Source of the DNA: an uncultured Pelagibacteraceae bacterium
GTDB taxonomy: Bacteria > Pseudomonadota > Alphaproteobacteria > Pelagibacterales > Pelagibacteraceae
Direction of reading: 5' to 3'
NCBI GenBank assembly: GCA_902608975.1
Contig: CACLQI010000002.1
Location: 14,580 to 78,579 of the forward strand
DNA: 64,000 nucleotides
Under the pieces are notes generated by a model, which made no database searches, had not been told where the DNA came from, and was given only the letters and a program-made list of their open reading frames with translations. A program made the translations under genes and the position numbers. Numbering within the stretch: position 1 is the first letter of the stretch; every line of letters begins with the position of its first letter. Shown here piece after piece: positions 26,580-36,066 of the stretch.

Positions 26580-27731
26580 CTAAAGTATTACCAAATCTAA
26601 CTTTTGTTTGCCTAATCTTTCATTGCCATTCTTTGTTACAAGATAGGTTTCACCCAAATTCATCGCTAATTCATTATCTGAGTCCATTAAGATCATATGC
26701 ATGAAAAAGATATTACCTGGCTTTATAATATATGGATTACCAGTATAAAGCATTGGCCAATCCATCCAATTTGGAGAAAATGTTGCACCTAATGAATATC
26801 CACATGCGTTCATTCTAGATTTGTTAAAACCCAAATCATCAAAAGTTTTTGCATGAACATCAAATAATTCTCCAATTTTGTTTCCTGGTTTTAATTTATC
26901 TTCACAATTTTTTAAGCTCTCCATGCATGCTTCATGCATTTTAAAATGTTTTGGATCAGCTTTTCCGATCGGTATCGTTCTAAACATTGCAGAATGGTAA
27001 TGTCGATAAGTTCCTGCCCATTCTACAGTTAATTGATCCTTGTTTGATAAGATTTGTTTATCAGCCTGATATCTACATAAGAGGGCATTTTTTCCTGAAC
27101 CAATTATAAATTCATTAGCAGGATAATCTCCACCTCCTTCAAAAATTACTCTATTCATTTCTGCAAGAATTTTGGATTCACTTACTCCTGCTTTTGCATG
27201 TTTCCAAACTTCATCAAGGGCTCTATCAGCAAGTTCTGCAGCTTTTTTAACATGAACAATTTCTTCATTTGATTTAACCACTCTTAGTTTGTTAATTAAT
27301 TCTGATTTATCTTGGATTGAACAATAGTTATCTAAAGACTTGTTTAATTTTAAAGTGTTTCTTCCTGTTAAACCATAAGCTTCATATTCAACACCTAAAT
27401 TTTTTCCTTTAAGATTCAATTCATCTAATATTTTCTTAAGATCATCTGTTGGATTTGAACCATCTTTATCAACCCAAATTTTTATATTTTCAATATTTGA
27501 AGTATTTTGTGCTTGCCTTAAATCTGGTGCTCGAGTTAGCAAGACTATATCACCATTATCTTTTAAAACTAAACACTGAAAAAAAACATAACCAAAAGTA
27601 TCATAACCTGTTAGCCAGTACATTGACTCTTGTCTGAAAATTAGTAGAGCATTTAAATTTTGCTCTTTCATTATCATTAAAACTTTTTTTTTTCTATTTG
27701 AGAATTCTTCTTTGCTAAAATGAAGTGCCAT
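26580..27731 (-). CDS. M24 / pita-bread fold protein (Xaa-Pro peptidase, creatinase or EutD-like)
   Basis: MYWLTGYD, LRVVKS.EEI, EWAGTYRHYHSAMFRT, CGYSLG, GETYLV. Confidence 0.8.
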   Translation of the reverse strand: MALHFSKEEFSNRKKKVLMIMKEQNLNALLIFRQESMYWLTGYDTFGYVFFQCLVLKDNGDIVLLTRAPDLRQAQNTSNIENIKIWVDKDGSNPTDDLKKILDELNLKGKNLGVEYEAYGLTGRNTLKLNKSLDNYCSIQDKSELINKLRVVKSNEEIVHVKKAAELADRALDEVWKHAKAGVSESKILAEMNRVIFEGGGDYPANEFIIGSGKNALLCRYQADKQILSNKDQLTVEWAGTYRHYHSAMFRTIPIGKADPKHFKMHEACMESLKNCEDKLKPGNKIGELFDVHAKTFDDLGFNKSRMNACGYSLGATFSPNWMDWPMLYTGNPYIIKPGNIFFMHMILMDSDNELAMNLGETYLVTKNGNERLGKQKLDLVIL

Positions 27732-27739
27732 TAAGTAGT

Positions 27740-28129
27740 TTAATAGTTGGTATACTGTTTAATTTCTTTTATTTTTGAGCCAGTGTGCGTGTTTATTTCT
27801 AATTTAATTTTAGCTCTATTATCATTTAAGAAATGTATATCTCTAGAAAACTTAACAAATTGTTCTCCAAAATCAGAATTTTTTTCACATAATCTTTTTT
27901 CATCTTCAATAATCCAAAGTTTTGAATTTATTTCCTTAAGAGACTCGAATAAATCATCAAGTTTTCTATCTGATTTTATATTACTATCTAATTGATTTTT
28001 TAAAATTTTGTACTCATCATCAATAAATTTAAGTTTTTCAGAATCTACGATTTTTTCTTTTTTGATTTCTAAAATAGAGATCTTATCTAAAAGCTCTCCT
28101 ACTGATATCTCAACTAGAATTTTATTCAT
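27740..28129 (-). CDS. DUF6165-like protein
   Basis: EISVGELLDKISILEIK, LKEINSKLWIIED, NDNRAKIK.EIN...GS.IKEIK.Y. Confidence 0.75.
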   Translation of the reverse strand: MNKILVEISVGELLDKISILEIKKEKIVDSEKLKFIDDEYKILKNQLDSNIKSDRKLDDLFESLKEINSKLWIIEDEKRLCEKNSDFGEQFVKFSRDIHFLNDNRAKIKLEINTHTGSKIKEIKQYTNY

Positions 28130-28161
28130 AAAATTTTATATTATGTTAAGTTGTTAAAAAT

Positions 28162-29100
28162 ATGTCTAATATTTTAATTATCAAACATGGTTCACTAGGA
28201 GATATAGCGCAAGCATGTGGTGCAATTCAAGACATATTTGAAAATCATAAGAATTCCCAAATTTATCTTTTAACCACTAAACCATATTTTGATTTATTTA
28301 AAAAAAACCCATTTATAAAAGAAGTAATTTTGGACAAAAGACTATCAAGATACAACTTAATATATTTGTTCACTTTGATGAGAAAGTTAAAAAAATTAAA
28401 TATAGATAAAGTGTATGATTTACAAAATTCCTCAAGGACAAAACTTTACAAAACTATTTTATTCCCTAAATCAAATTTAGATAAATGGTCAAGCTCAGAG
28501 ACAACTTTACCGAAAGGTGAAACAAAAGAAGAATTTGATAAAAAATCTGTTTTGGAACGCTTTGAACATCAATTAACAAGCTCAGGTTTGAATGCAAAGA
28601 ATACGAAACTTCCAAATTTTGATTGGTCTTGTTCTGATATAGAAAAAATTAAAAATAAATATAGTTTAAACAAATATATTCTTTTATTTCCTTTTTGCTC
28701 TCCACATTTAACTTCTAAGAAGTGGCCTTATTATAATGAACTTATAAATTTGATAAAAAATAAATTTCGTGATGAATATAATATTATAATTGCTCCAGGA
28801 CCCGATGAAATTAATGATGCAAAAAATATAAATGCAGTTTGTGTGTTAAATGACGATAAAGCTTTAGATATTTCTCAATTATCAAAATTAATTAAAGATA
28901 GCAGCTTTGTAATCGCAAATGATACAGGTCCAGCTCACATGTCAGCACATTTAGGCGCAAAAGGTTTAACTTTATTTGGATCACATACAACAGCTTACAA
29001 AGTAAGTATAGAAAGAGAAAATTTTAAAGCTATACAAGTTCAAGATTTAAAAAAACTTACTCCTGAAAAAGTTTTAGAACATTTAATAAATAAAATTTAA
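28162..29100 (+). CDS. Glycosyltransferase family 9 (heptosyltransferase-like)
   Basis: ILIIKHGSLGD, VYDLQNSSRT, KKWP, VIANDTGPAHMSA. Confidence 0.9.
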   Translation: MSNILIIKHGSLGDIAQACGAIQDIFENHKNSQIYLLTTKPYFDLFKKNPFIKEVILDKRLSRYNLIYLFTLMRKLKKLNIDKVYDLQNSSRTKLYKTILFPKSNLDKWSSSETTLPKGETKEEFDKKSVLERFEHQLTSSGLNAKNTKLPNFDWSCSDIEKIKNKYSLNKYILLFPFCSPHLTSKKWPYYNELINLIKNKFRDEYNIIIAPGPDEINDAKNINAVCVLNDDKALDISQLSKLIKDSSFVIANDTGPAHMSAHLGAKGLTLFGSHTTAYKVSIERENFKAIQVQDLKKLTPEKVLEHLINKI

Positions 29101-29513
29101 ATATAAATTTTATCTGATAGTCCGTAACACAAAATAGCGCTTAGGATAGTTAATAAACCTGGAGCTATAATACCTTCAACAGAAGTTTTTTCATTTGTTC
29201 CTAAGTTTCCTTTTTTATGTGACCAAATAGCAAAAATAAAAGCCGCAGCATTTTGTAAAAATATTAAATTAAAAAAAGCCCAAGTATTTTCTATTCCGCC
29301 TGATCTAACAAAACCAACATAGATTGCCATTAAGACTGATCCAACAAAGATAGAACCAAAAAATCTTGTCATAATTGCAGCTCCGTCACCCATGCCATAT
29401 TGATCTACAAACTTTTTAGTCATGAATAGACATCTATAAGCATAAACAGCATAAGCAATAAAGTGAACTAAGAATATTAAGAGGTAAATGATTCCATTAA
29501 ATTTATCTATCAT
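29097..29513 (-). CDS. Hypothetical membrane protein (about four TM segments)
   Basis: 138-aa ORF with alternating hydrophobic segments, co-oriented with the upstream GT4. Confidence 0.7.
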   Translation of the reverse strand: MIDKFNGIIYLLIFLVHFIAYAVYAYRCLFMTKKFVDQYGMGDGAAIMTRFFGSIFVGSVLMAIYVGFVRSGGIENTWAFFNLIFLQNAAAFIFAIWSHKKGNLGTNEKTSVEGIIAPGLLTILSAILCYGLSDKIYI

Positions 29514-29525
29514 GAAACAATCTTA

Positions 29526-30605
29526 TCATAAAATTTTAAAATATTGTTTAATAATATTGTCCCATTCAAATCTTTTTGCAAATTCTTTTGTTTTATTAAT
29601 AAAATTTTTATATGAATTATTTTTTAAAACTAAATCTATGCTAGAATAAATTTCATCTAAATTATTTCCATCACAAATAATACCTGTTTCATTATTTTTT
29701 ATTGCATCAGCTTCTCCTCCATCTTTGCCACCGACAGAGGGTAAGCCGTGTTGAGCAGCCTCAATATAAGCTATCCCAAAACCTTCTACTGATTTTTTAT
29801 AAATTATTGAAGGCATTACAAATACATTAGATTTTGCTAATAGAGCATTTTTTAATTCTTGAGATATATTTTTAAAAAATAATACATTATTTTCTAAGTT
29901 TAATTCTTTGACAATTTTTTTAATATTTTCTTCCTCTTCACCCTGACCAATGCAAGTATAGACAATATTTGGATACAATTGTTTTAGATTCTTTAATGAC
30001 ATAATTATTTTTTCGTGATTTTTTCTTTTATCTAATCTTGAAACAGTTATTAGTCTTGGGCTTTTATTTTGAAGTAAATCTTCGGCTTCAAATAAAATAT
30101 TTTTACTTAATTCTTTTAACGGTTCAATACCAGGATTAATTACAATGATTTTTTCAGGATTTACTCCACAACTAATCGCAAGATTTTTAGTAAATTGAGA
30201 GTTTGAAACTACAAAATCAACATTATTTAAAATATTCAAAACTCTTCTATTTAGCATACTTCCTTTATTATGGTTTATTTCTTTTGAATGAATTAAACAA
30301 ATTTTTTTCTTTTTTGTTTTTATTAATTCAAGACTTTTCCAGTGGTCGGCAATTATACCGCTAATGTTTTTATTATTTTTTATAAAATCATTTACAAGAT
30401 AAGCTTTTCTATACTTTCTGATTAATTTAGGACCACCAATTCTATCTACACTATAAGAAAGTTTTTCATCTAAATTTTTATTTTTACTTTGGTCAGCAAA
30501 TACTTTTACCATGAAATGTTTGGCGAGAGAATTTGTTAAACCCCACATTAGATTTTGCATACCCCCTGTATCTGGTGGAAATGATCGTGTTACAATTAAG
30601 TACAT
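29526..30605 (-). CDS. Glycosyltransferase family 4 (PimB-like)
   Basis: SFPPDTGGMQ, ITVSRLDKRKNH, EGFGIAYIEA, GG..DAI. Confidence 0.9.
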   Translation of the reverse strand: MYLIVTRSFPPDTGGMQNLMWGLTNSLAKHFMVKVFADQSKNKNLDEKLSYSVDRIGGPKLIRKYRKAYLVNDFIKNNKNISGIIADHWKSLELIKTKKKKICLIHSKEINHNKGSMLNRRVLNILNNVDFVVSNSQFTKNLAISCGVNPEKIIVINPGIEPLKELSKNILFEAEDLLQNKSPRLITVSRLDKRKNHEKIIMSLKNLKQLYPNIVYTCIGQGEEEENIKKIVKELNLENNVLFFKNISQELKNALLAKSNVFVMPSIIYKKSVEGFGIAYIEAAQHGLPSVGGKDGGEADAIKNNETGIICDGNNLDEIYSSIDLVLKNNSYKNFINKTKEFAKRFEWDNIIKQYFKIL

Positions 30606-31162
30606 TAATTATTAATCCACTTTATATTGCAGCCCATACTTGGAATTTGATCTTTGGGTCCATTTCCTGTTTTTGAAATTTCTTTCATTGCTTTGTACAA
30701 ATCGCTATCACCACTTATTACTGGTTTTAAATCTTTTAATTCTCTCATTCTTCCTCGGTATTGCAGTTCTAGATTTTTATTGTAACCAAAAAAGTCTGGA
30801 GTACATACAGCGTCATATTTTTTTGCAATTTCTTGAGTTTTATCAAACAGATAAGGAAAATTAAAATTATTATTTTTAGAAAATTTAGCCATATTTTCAA
30901 ACGAGTCTTCTGGATAATTTTTTACATCATTTGAACAAATGGCTACAGATTTTATTCCATTTGATTCTAATTTTTTACAATCTTGAACAATCTCTTTAAT
31001 TACCGCCTTAACATAAGGACAGTGATTGCATATGAACATTATTAAAGTTCCATTTTCACCTTTAACATCATTAAGTGAAATAACTTTATTATCAGTAGAT
31101 TTTAATTGAAAATTTTCAGCATTTTTCCCAAAATCACATATTGGAGTTTTTGTAAGTGTCAT
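30605..31162 (-). CDS. Thioredoxin-like AhpC/TSA family protein
   Basis: MFICNHCPYV, YPEDS..NM, AVCTPDFF, YRGR, PSMGCNIKW. Confidence 0.9.
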   Translation of the reverse strand: MTLTKTPICDFGKNAENFQLKSTDNKVISLNDVKGENGTLIMFICNHCPYVKAVIKEIVQDCKKLESNGIKSVAICSNDVKNYPEDSFENMAKFSKNNNFNFPYLFDKTQEIAKKYDAVCTPDFFGYNKNLELQYRGRMRELKDLKPVISGDSDLYKAMKEISKTGNGPKDQIPSMGCNIKWINN

Positions 31163-31181
31163 GTTAAGTATTATATAAGAT

Positions 31182-31694
31182 ATGTTCTACGATTTGGAAA
31201 ACAAAAAACCAAAAAATTCGGGCGAAAATTGGGTCGCACCTAATGCAATTATAATTGGTGATGTAACTTTAGAAAAAAATACAAGTATTTGGTTTAATGC
31301 AACTTTAAGAGGAGATATCGAAAACATCCATGTTGGCGAAGGTTCAAATGTTCAGGATGGAAGTGTTTTGCATACAGACCCAGGTTATCCACTTAAAATT
31401 GGAAAAAATGTTACAGTTGGACACATGGTAATGCTTCACGGTTGCACTATTGGCGACAACAGTCTTATTGGAATAGGAGCTGTAATTTTGAACAATGCTA
31501 AAATTGGAAAAAATTGTATTATAGGAGCAAAAACTTTAATCACAGAAAATAAAGAGATACCAGACAATTCATTAGTTATTGGCTCACCAGGAAAAGTTGT
31601 TAGAGAAGTTACTGAGGAAGAAAAGAAAGCCGTTTTTGAAAACACAAAACATTACCAAAATAACTGGAAAAAGTATTCAAAATCAATATTCTAA
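31182..31694 (+). CDS. Gamma carbonic anhydrase family protein
   Basis: Hexapeptide repeats; LRGD, SNVQDGSVLH, TVGHMVMLHGCTI. Confidence 0.92.
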   Translation: MFYDLENKKPKNSGENWVAPNAIIIGDVTLEKNTSIWFNATLRGDIENIHVGEGSNVQDGSVLHTDPGYPLKIGKNVTVGHMVMLHGCTIGDNSLIGIGAVILNNAKIGKNCIIGAKTLITENKEIPDNSLVIGSPGKVVREVTEEEKKAVFENTKHYQNNWKKYSKSIF

Positions 31695-31699
31695 ATTTA

Positions 31700-32788
31700 T
31701 TGAAAAAAATATTTGTAATTCTATTTTGCTTATTAATTGTAAGCCCTGCATTTGCAAGTAAAGAGCTAGAAAGATTATCTAAAAAAATTAAAAATGGTAA
31801 GTTAGTAAAAATTAAAACATACGAAGCGTATAGTTTTTATCCAATACAAGAGGGGTGGTATAAAAATTCGCCAAGTGAATTTGATGCATTAATTTCATAT
31901 CCTAAGGGTAAAGGTCCATTCCCAATGGTAATAATTGTTCATAGCAGCTGGGGACCCGAAGAGTTTAGATCTCAATGGATGACATTTCATAAAAACTCCC
32001 ACAAGAAATTATTGAAAATGGGAATTGGAACAATGTTCATAGATAGTTATAGTTCAAGAGGTCAAATAGCTAGTTCAGCTGCAGATCAATTCACTGTTCC
32101 TCTTTGGTCAATGTTTATGGACCAATTTTTTGCGCTCGAACATTTATCAAAAGACTCAAAAGTTAATATAAAAAAAGTAGGAATTAGCGGACATTCAAGA
32201 GGTGGAATGGTTTCAACTTTATCCTCAGAAAAAAGATTAAGAGATGCACTTATAAGTAAAGATTTATATTTTGCTGCCGCACAACCAAGAGCCCCAGATT
32301 GTGAAAATGTATCAATGTTTAGAAATCCTCAACCAATAAAAGAAACTAAAACTTGGATGGTTTTAGGTGGAGCTGATGACTATACTCGAGCAGGACCATG
32401 TGTAGAATTGGGTGAAAAAATAAAAGCAAATGGAGGGGATATAAAAATAGATGTTAAAAAAGGATGGCACCATGGATTCCTCGGCAACTATCCTGCTGAA
32501 TTAAGTGAAGATGCGCAGATTTTTTGGAAATGCCCCCGATTGTGGACTGAGGATGATGGAAAATACAATAAAGAATATATTGATTGGATGTTGAAATACG
32601 GTGCTTATGACTCAGAAGAAGCAATGTGGGAAATGGTAAAAAATGATCCAGAGAAAGCTTATGCAAGAAGTGGTATACCTTATGAAAAATCTAATTGTAT
32701 GTTTTTAGGTGCACACACAGGTGGTGATAAAGGAAGAATATTCATGAAACCTTTTTTAAAATTTTGGGAAGAAAATTTACTTAACTAA
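31700..32788 (+). CDS. Exported dienelactone-hydrolase-family alpha/beta hydrolase
   Basis: TTG start with signal peptide; GPFPMVIIVH, GHSRGG (nucleophile), GGADDYT, WHHGF. Confidence 0.78.
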   Translation: MKKIFVILFCLLIVSPAFASKELERLSKKIKNGKLVKIKTYEAYSFYPIQEGWYKNSPSEFDALISYPKGKGPFPMVIIVHSSWGPEEFRSQWMTFHKNSHKKLLKMGIGTMFIDSYSSRGQIASSAADQFTVPLWSMFMDQFFALEHLSKDSKVNIKKVGISGHSRGGMVSTLSSEKRLRDALISKDLYFAAAQPRAPDCENVSMFRNPQPIKETKTWMVLGGADDYTRAGPCVELGEKIKANGGDIKIDVKKGWHHGFLGNYPAELSEDAQIFWKCPRLWTEDDGKYNKEYIDWMLKYGAYDSEEAMWEMVKNDPEKAYARSGIPYEKSNCMFLGAHTGGDKGRIFMKPFLKFWEENLLN

Positions 32789-33384
32789 GGAACTAACCAA
32801 GTATTTTTATTATTTTCTAAATCAAACTTTGCTCTTCGGTGACCTTTAGCTGCTAGATAAAGCCATTCAATAGATTTTACTTTACATTGAATAACTGTAA
32901 AATTTTTATAACCTTCTTCACTTTGTTCCATGGTAAATTCAAAATTATCTAACTCTGGTTTTAAACCAGATGTAGGATTATCAGACTCTGTACCTGGACC
33001 ATTATCAACCAAATAGCACTTTCTACTTATGTGTTGAGTTTTTGACCAAGATTCTTTTGTAATATCATTTTTGTGATTGAGCACACATTCTACTTTTAAC
33101 CTTACTTGGATTTTTTCTTCTTTATCATAAAAAAGCATTGCTGCTTTTGAGTTTTTTTTTAATTTTTCAATCTTATCTGATCTAATGTCGCTATGAAATT
33201 GGACTATATTATTTTTCTTATCTGATTTTCTTAGAACTACAATTCTTCCATCAAAGTCAGATTGATCTCCACAAATAAAAGTTGGTATTCTAAATTGAGA
33301 ACTTCTATTGGTTACTGCATCATCTAACATTAACCAAATCTTCTTCTTTATCTCATTAAAGTTTTCGTAGTATGCTGGCTGCAT
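32785..33384 (-). CDS. Pyridoxamine 5'-phosphate oxidase-like FMN-binding protein
   Basis: GRIVVLRK, FHSDIRSDK, LFYD...KIQVR, IEWLYL...GHRRA. Confidence 0.85.
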   Translation of the reverse strand: MQPAYYENFNEIKKKIWLMLDDAVTNRSSQFRIPTFICGDQSDFDGRIVVLRKSDKKNNIVQFHSDIRSDKIEKLKKNSKAAMLFYDKEEKIQVRLKVECVLNHKNDITKESWSKTQHISRKCYLVDNGPGTESDNPTSGLKPELDNFEFTMEQSEEGYKNFTVIQCKVKSIEWLYLAAKGHRRAKFDLENNKNTWLVP

Positions 33385-33390
33385 ACAGTA

Positions 33391-34260
33391 TTACTTTCTA
33401 AATCTTCTGATTAAGCTAGATGTGTCCCATCTGTTTCCACCCATAGCTTGAACTTCAGCATAATATTTATCTACAACTTCTGTTATTGGTAATATTGAAC
33501 CGTTATTTTTAGCTTCATCCATTGCAATTTTTAAGTCTTTTCTCATCCAGTCCACAGCAAAACCAAATTCAAATTTATCATCGATCATAGTTTTATATCT
33601 ATTTTCCATTTGCCACGATTGAGCTGCTCCTTTTGAAATTACTTCAATTACATCTTCCATATTTAATCCAGCTTTCATTCCAAAGTTTATTGCTTCTGAT
33701 AATGCTTGAACTAATCCACCAATACATATTTGATTAACCATTTTTGCAAGCTGTCCACTACCAGCCTTACCAAGCAACTTCATTTTTTTGCTATAACAAT
33801 CAATTTTATCTTGAGCTTTATCAAAGTCTTCTTGGTCTCCTCCAATCATTACAGTCAATGCACCATTTTCTGCGCCAGCTTGACCTCCTGATACTGGAGC
33901 ATCTAGAGAACCAAAACCATTTTTTTTAGCATACTTGTAAATCTCTCTTGCAATTGTTGCTGAAGCCGTTGTGTTATCTATATAGATTGCACCTTTTTTA
34001 ATTGTTTCAAAAGCACCTTTGTCACCAAATGTAACTTCTCTTAAATCGTTATCGTTACCAACGCATGTAAAAATATACTCCGCATCTTTGGCAGCGTCAG
34101 CAGGTGTTTCTGCTATTTTACCTTTGTACTCACTGATCCATTTCTCAGCTTTTGATTTTGTTCTATTAAAAACAGTTACACTGTGACCACCTTTTGATAT
34201 ATAACCAGCCATTGGATAACCCATGACTCCAAGGCCAATAAATGCAACCTTACAAGACAT
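33391..34260 (-). CDS. 3-hydroxyisobutyrate dehydrogenase-family NAD(P) oxidoreductase
   Basis: AFIGLGVMGYPMA, LDAPVSGGQAGAENG, GQLAKMVNQI. Confidence 0.9.
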   Translation of the reverse strand: MSCKVAFIGLGVMGYPMAGYISKGGHSVTVFNRTKSKAEKWISEYKGKIAETPADAAKDAEYIFTCVGNDNDLREVTFGDKGAFETIKKGAIYIDNTTASATIAREIYKYAKKNGFGSLDAPVSGGQAGAENGALTVMIGGDQEDFDKAQDKIDCYSKKMKLLGKAGSGQLAKMVNQICIGGLVQALSEAINFGMKAGLNMEDVIEVISKGAAQSWQMENRYKTMIDDKFEFGFAVDWMRKDLKIAMDEAKNNGSILPITEVVDKYYAEVQAMGGNRWDTSSLIRRFRK

Positions 34261-34265
34261 AAAAA

Positions 34266-35474
34266 ATGTTTAATAAGTTAAGTTTAAAAGTAATCATATT
34301 TGGATTTATTTTTACATTTTTTTCTAGCTTTGGACAGAGTTTTTTTTTAGGAATCTTTAATAACAGCATAAGAAATGAATTATCTATTACTCATGGACAA
34401 TTTGGCTCAATTTATGCATCAGCAACATTATTAAGCAGCTTTCTACTTATTTGGGTAGGTAAAAAAATAGATGATATTAATATTTTTAAATTTGCATTTT
34501 TGGTTACTTTGCTTTTGTCTTTTTCTTGCTTTTTTTTTTCAAAAATTTCTTCTGTAATAATTCTTTTCATAGCAATTTTTTTAATGAGATTTTCGGGTCA
34601 AGGAATGATGTCTCACACAGCAACAACAACTGTATCTCGTTATTTTACAAAATCTAGAGGTAAGGCTTTAAGCACAGGATGGTTCGGTTTATCTACTGCA
34701 GAATTTGTTTTACCTGTTTTTATGATTTATTTATTAAGTATAATTGATTGGCGAGATATATGGTTTTATATATCTATTTTAATTTTACTTTTTTTACCAA
34801 TTTTGTCTTTTATTTTGATAAAAAATCTTAGTTTTGATTCTAGGGAAGAATTGACTGAAGATGGAAAAAAAGAAAAAAATATAAAGAACTGGAAGAGGTC
34901 CGAGGTTTTAAAAGACTATAGGTTTTATATTATTTGCATGAACATGCTTGCTATGCCTTGGATTGCAACTGGTGTATTTGTTTATCAATCGTTTATTCTT
35001 TCTTCAAAAGGATGGGGACCATATATAATTGCACAATCTTTTATGGTTTATTCTATAGCCTCTGTAATAACTTTATTTTTATCTGGTTTCTTGATTGACA
35101 AATTTACGAGTAGAAAATTGCTAATTTATATGAATATTCCTCTTTTAATATCTGCTGCTGTATTATTCTATTTTAAAAGCCCTATTTCTTCATTTTTCTT
35201 TTTAGGATTGATTGGAATTTCTAACGGACTAGCTAACGTACTCGGCTCTTCAACTTGGGCTGAAATTTATGGAGTAAAACACATTGGGTCAATCAAAGCC
35301 CTAACTACAGCTTTGATGGTATTTGCAACTGCTTTTGGAACTGCGTTGTTTGGGATATTAATTGATAAGGGTTTATCAATTGAGAGTATATCTATCATAT
35401 CAGGAACATATATTTCTCTATCAATTGTAATGCTTTTTGTAATAAAGGAAAAATTAGATCCTACGTATGAATAA
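34266..35474 (+). CDS. MFS transporter
   Basis: About 12 TM segments; FSSFGQSFF, RFSGQG, SRGKAL, WAEIYG.KHIGSI. Confidence 0.88.
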   Translation: MFNKLSLKVIIFGFIFTFFSSFGQSFFLGIFNNSIRNELSITHGQFGSIYASATLLSSFLLIWVGKKIDDINIFKFAFLVTLLLSFSCFFFSKISSVIILFIAIFLMRFSGQGMMSHTATTTVSRYFTKSRGKALSTGWFGLSTAEFVLPVFMIYLLSIIDWRDIWFYISILILLFLPILSFILIKNLSFDSREELTEDGKKEKNIKNWKRSEVLKDYRFYIICMNMLAMPWIATGVFVYQSFILSSKGWGPYIIAQSFMVYSIASVITLFLSGFLIDKFTSRKLLIYMNIPLLISAAVLFYFKSPISSFFFLGLIGISNGLANVLGSSTWAEIYGVKHIGSIKALTTALMVFATAFGTALFGILIDKGLSIESISIISGTYISLSIVMLFVIKEKLDPTYE

Positions 35475-35481
35475 AAATAAC

Positions 35482-35510
35482 TTGATTTTAAATTTTCGGG
35501 GGTATAAATA
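35482..35510 (+). promoter_or_regulatory. Putative sigma70 promoter of rpoZ (possibly leaderless transcript)
   Basis: TTGATT(35482)-17 bp-TAAATA(35505-35510); ATG follows at 35517 with no SD. Confidence 0.45.
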
Positions 35511-35516
35511 GCACGC

Positions 35517-36044
35517 ATGGCAAGAGTAACCGTTGAAGATTGTATAGATAAAGTAAAAAGCCCATATGAATTAGTTTTAGTAGCCAAAGAAAGAGCTACT
35601 CAATTAAATTCAGGCATTGAACCAACTTTAGATAGAGATAATGATAAAAATACAGTGATTTCCTTAAGAGAAATAGCTGTTGAAAAAATAAAAGTTGCAG
35701 AACTTAAAGAAAGCGCAATTTATAAATTAAGAAAAAATGTTGAGCAAATTGATGATACTTCAGAAGAAGATGAAGAAATAGGTGATGATTTTCAAAATTT
35801 ATATAAAGGAGAAATCTCTAAGAGCGGCACTCCAATACTTCCATCAAAAAGAGCAAGAAAAATACCTGAAAAGCTTAAAGTTTCTAAAGAAGATTTAGAA
35901 GAATTAAAAGGCTCAACCGATACAAATGTTGATGCGGCAGAAGAAAAAACTGAAGAAGGTGATGTTTCTCTTGATGAAATGTCAGATGCCGAAAATGAAA
36001 TTTCAGAAGCAAACTCTGAAGATTCAGATACTACAAATTCTTAA
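35517..36044 (+). CDS. rpoZ: RNA polymerase omega subunit with long acidic C-terminal tail
   Basis: [37 protein letters not shown]. Confidence 0.95.
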   Translation: MARVTVEDCIDKVKSPYELVLVAKERATQLNSGIEPTLDRDNDKNTVISLREIAVEKIKVAELKESAIYKLRKNVEQIDDTSEEDEEIGDDFQNLYKGEISKSGTPILPSKRARKIPEKLKVSKEDLEELKGSTDTNVDAAEEKTEEGDVSLDEMSDAENEISEANSEDSDTTNS

Positions 36045-36066
36045 TAAAATAATATAAAACATAGCA

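Noticed and set aside
26580-27731. DMSP lyase DddP assignment
   Set aside because: DddP keeps the binuclear metal ligands, which are substituted here.
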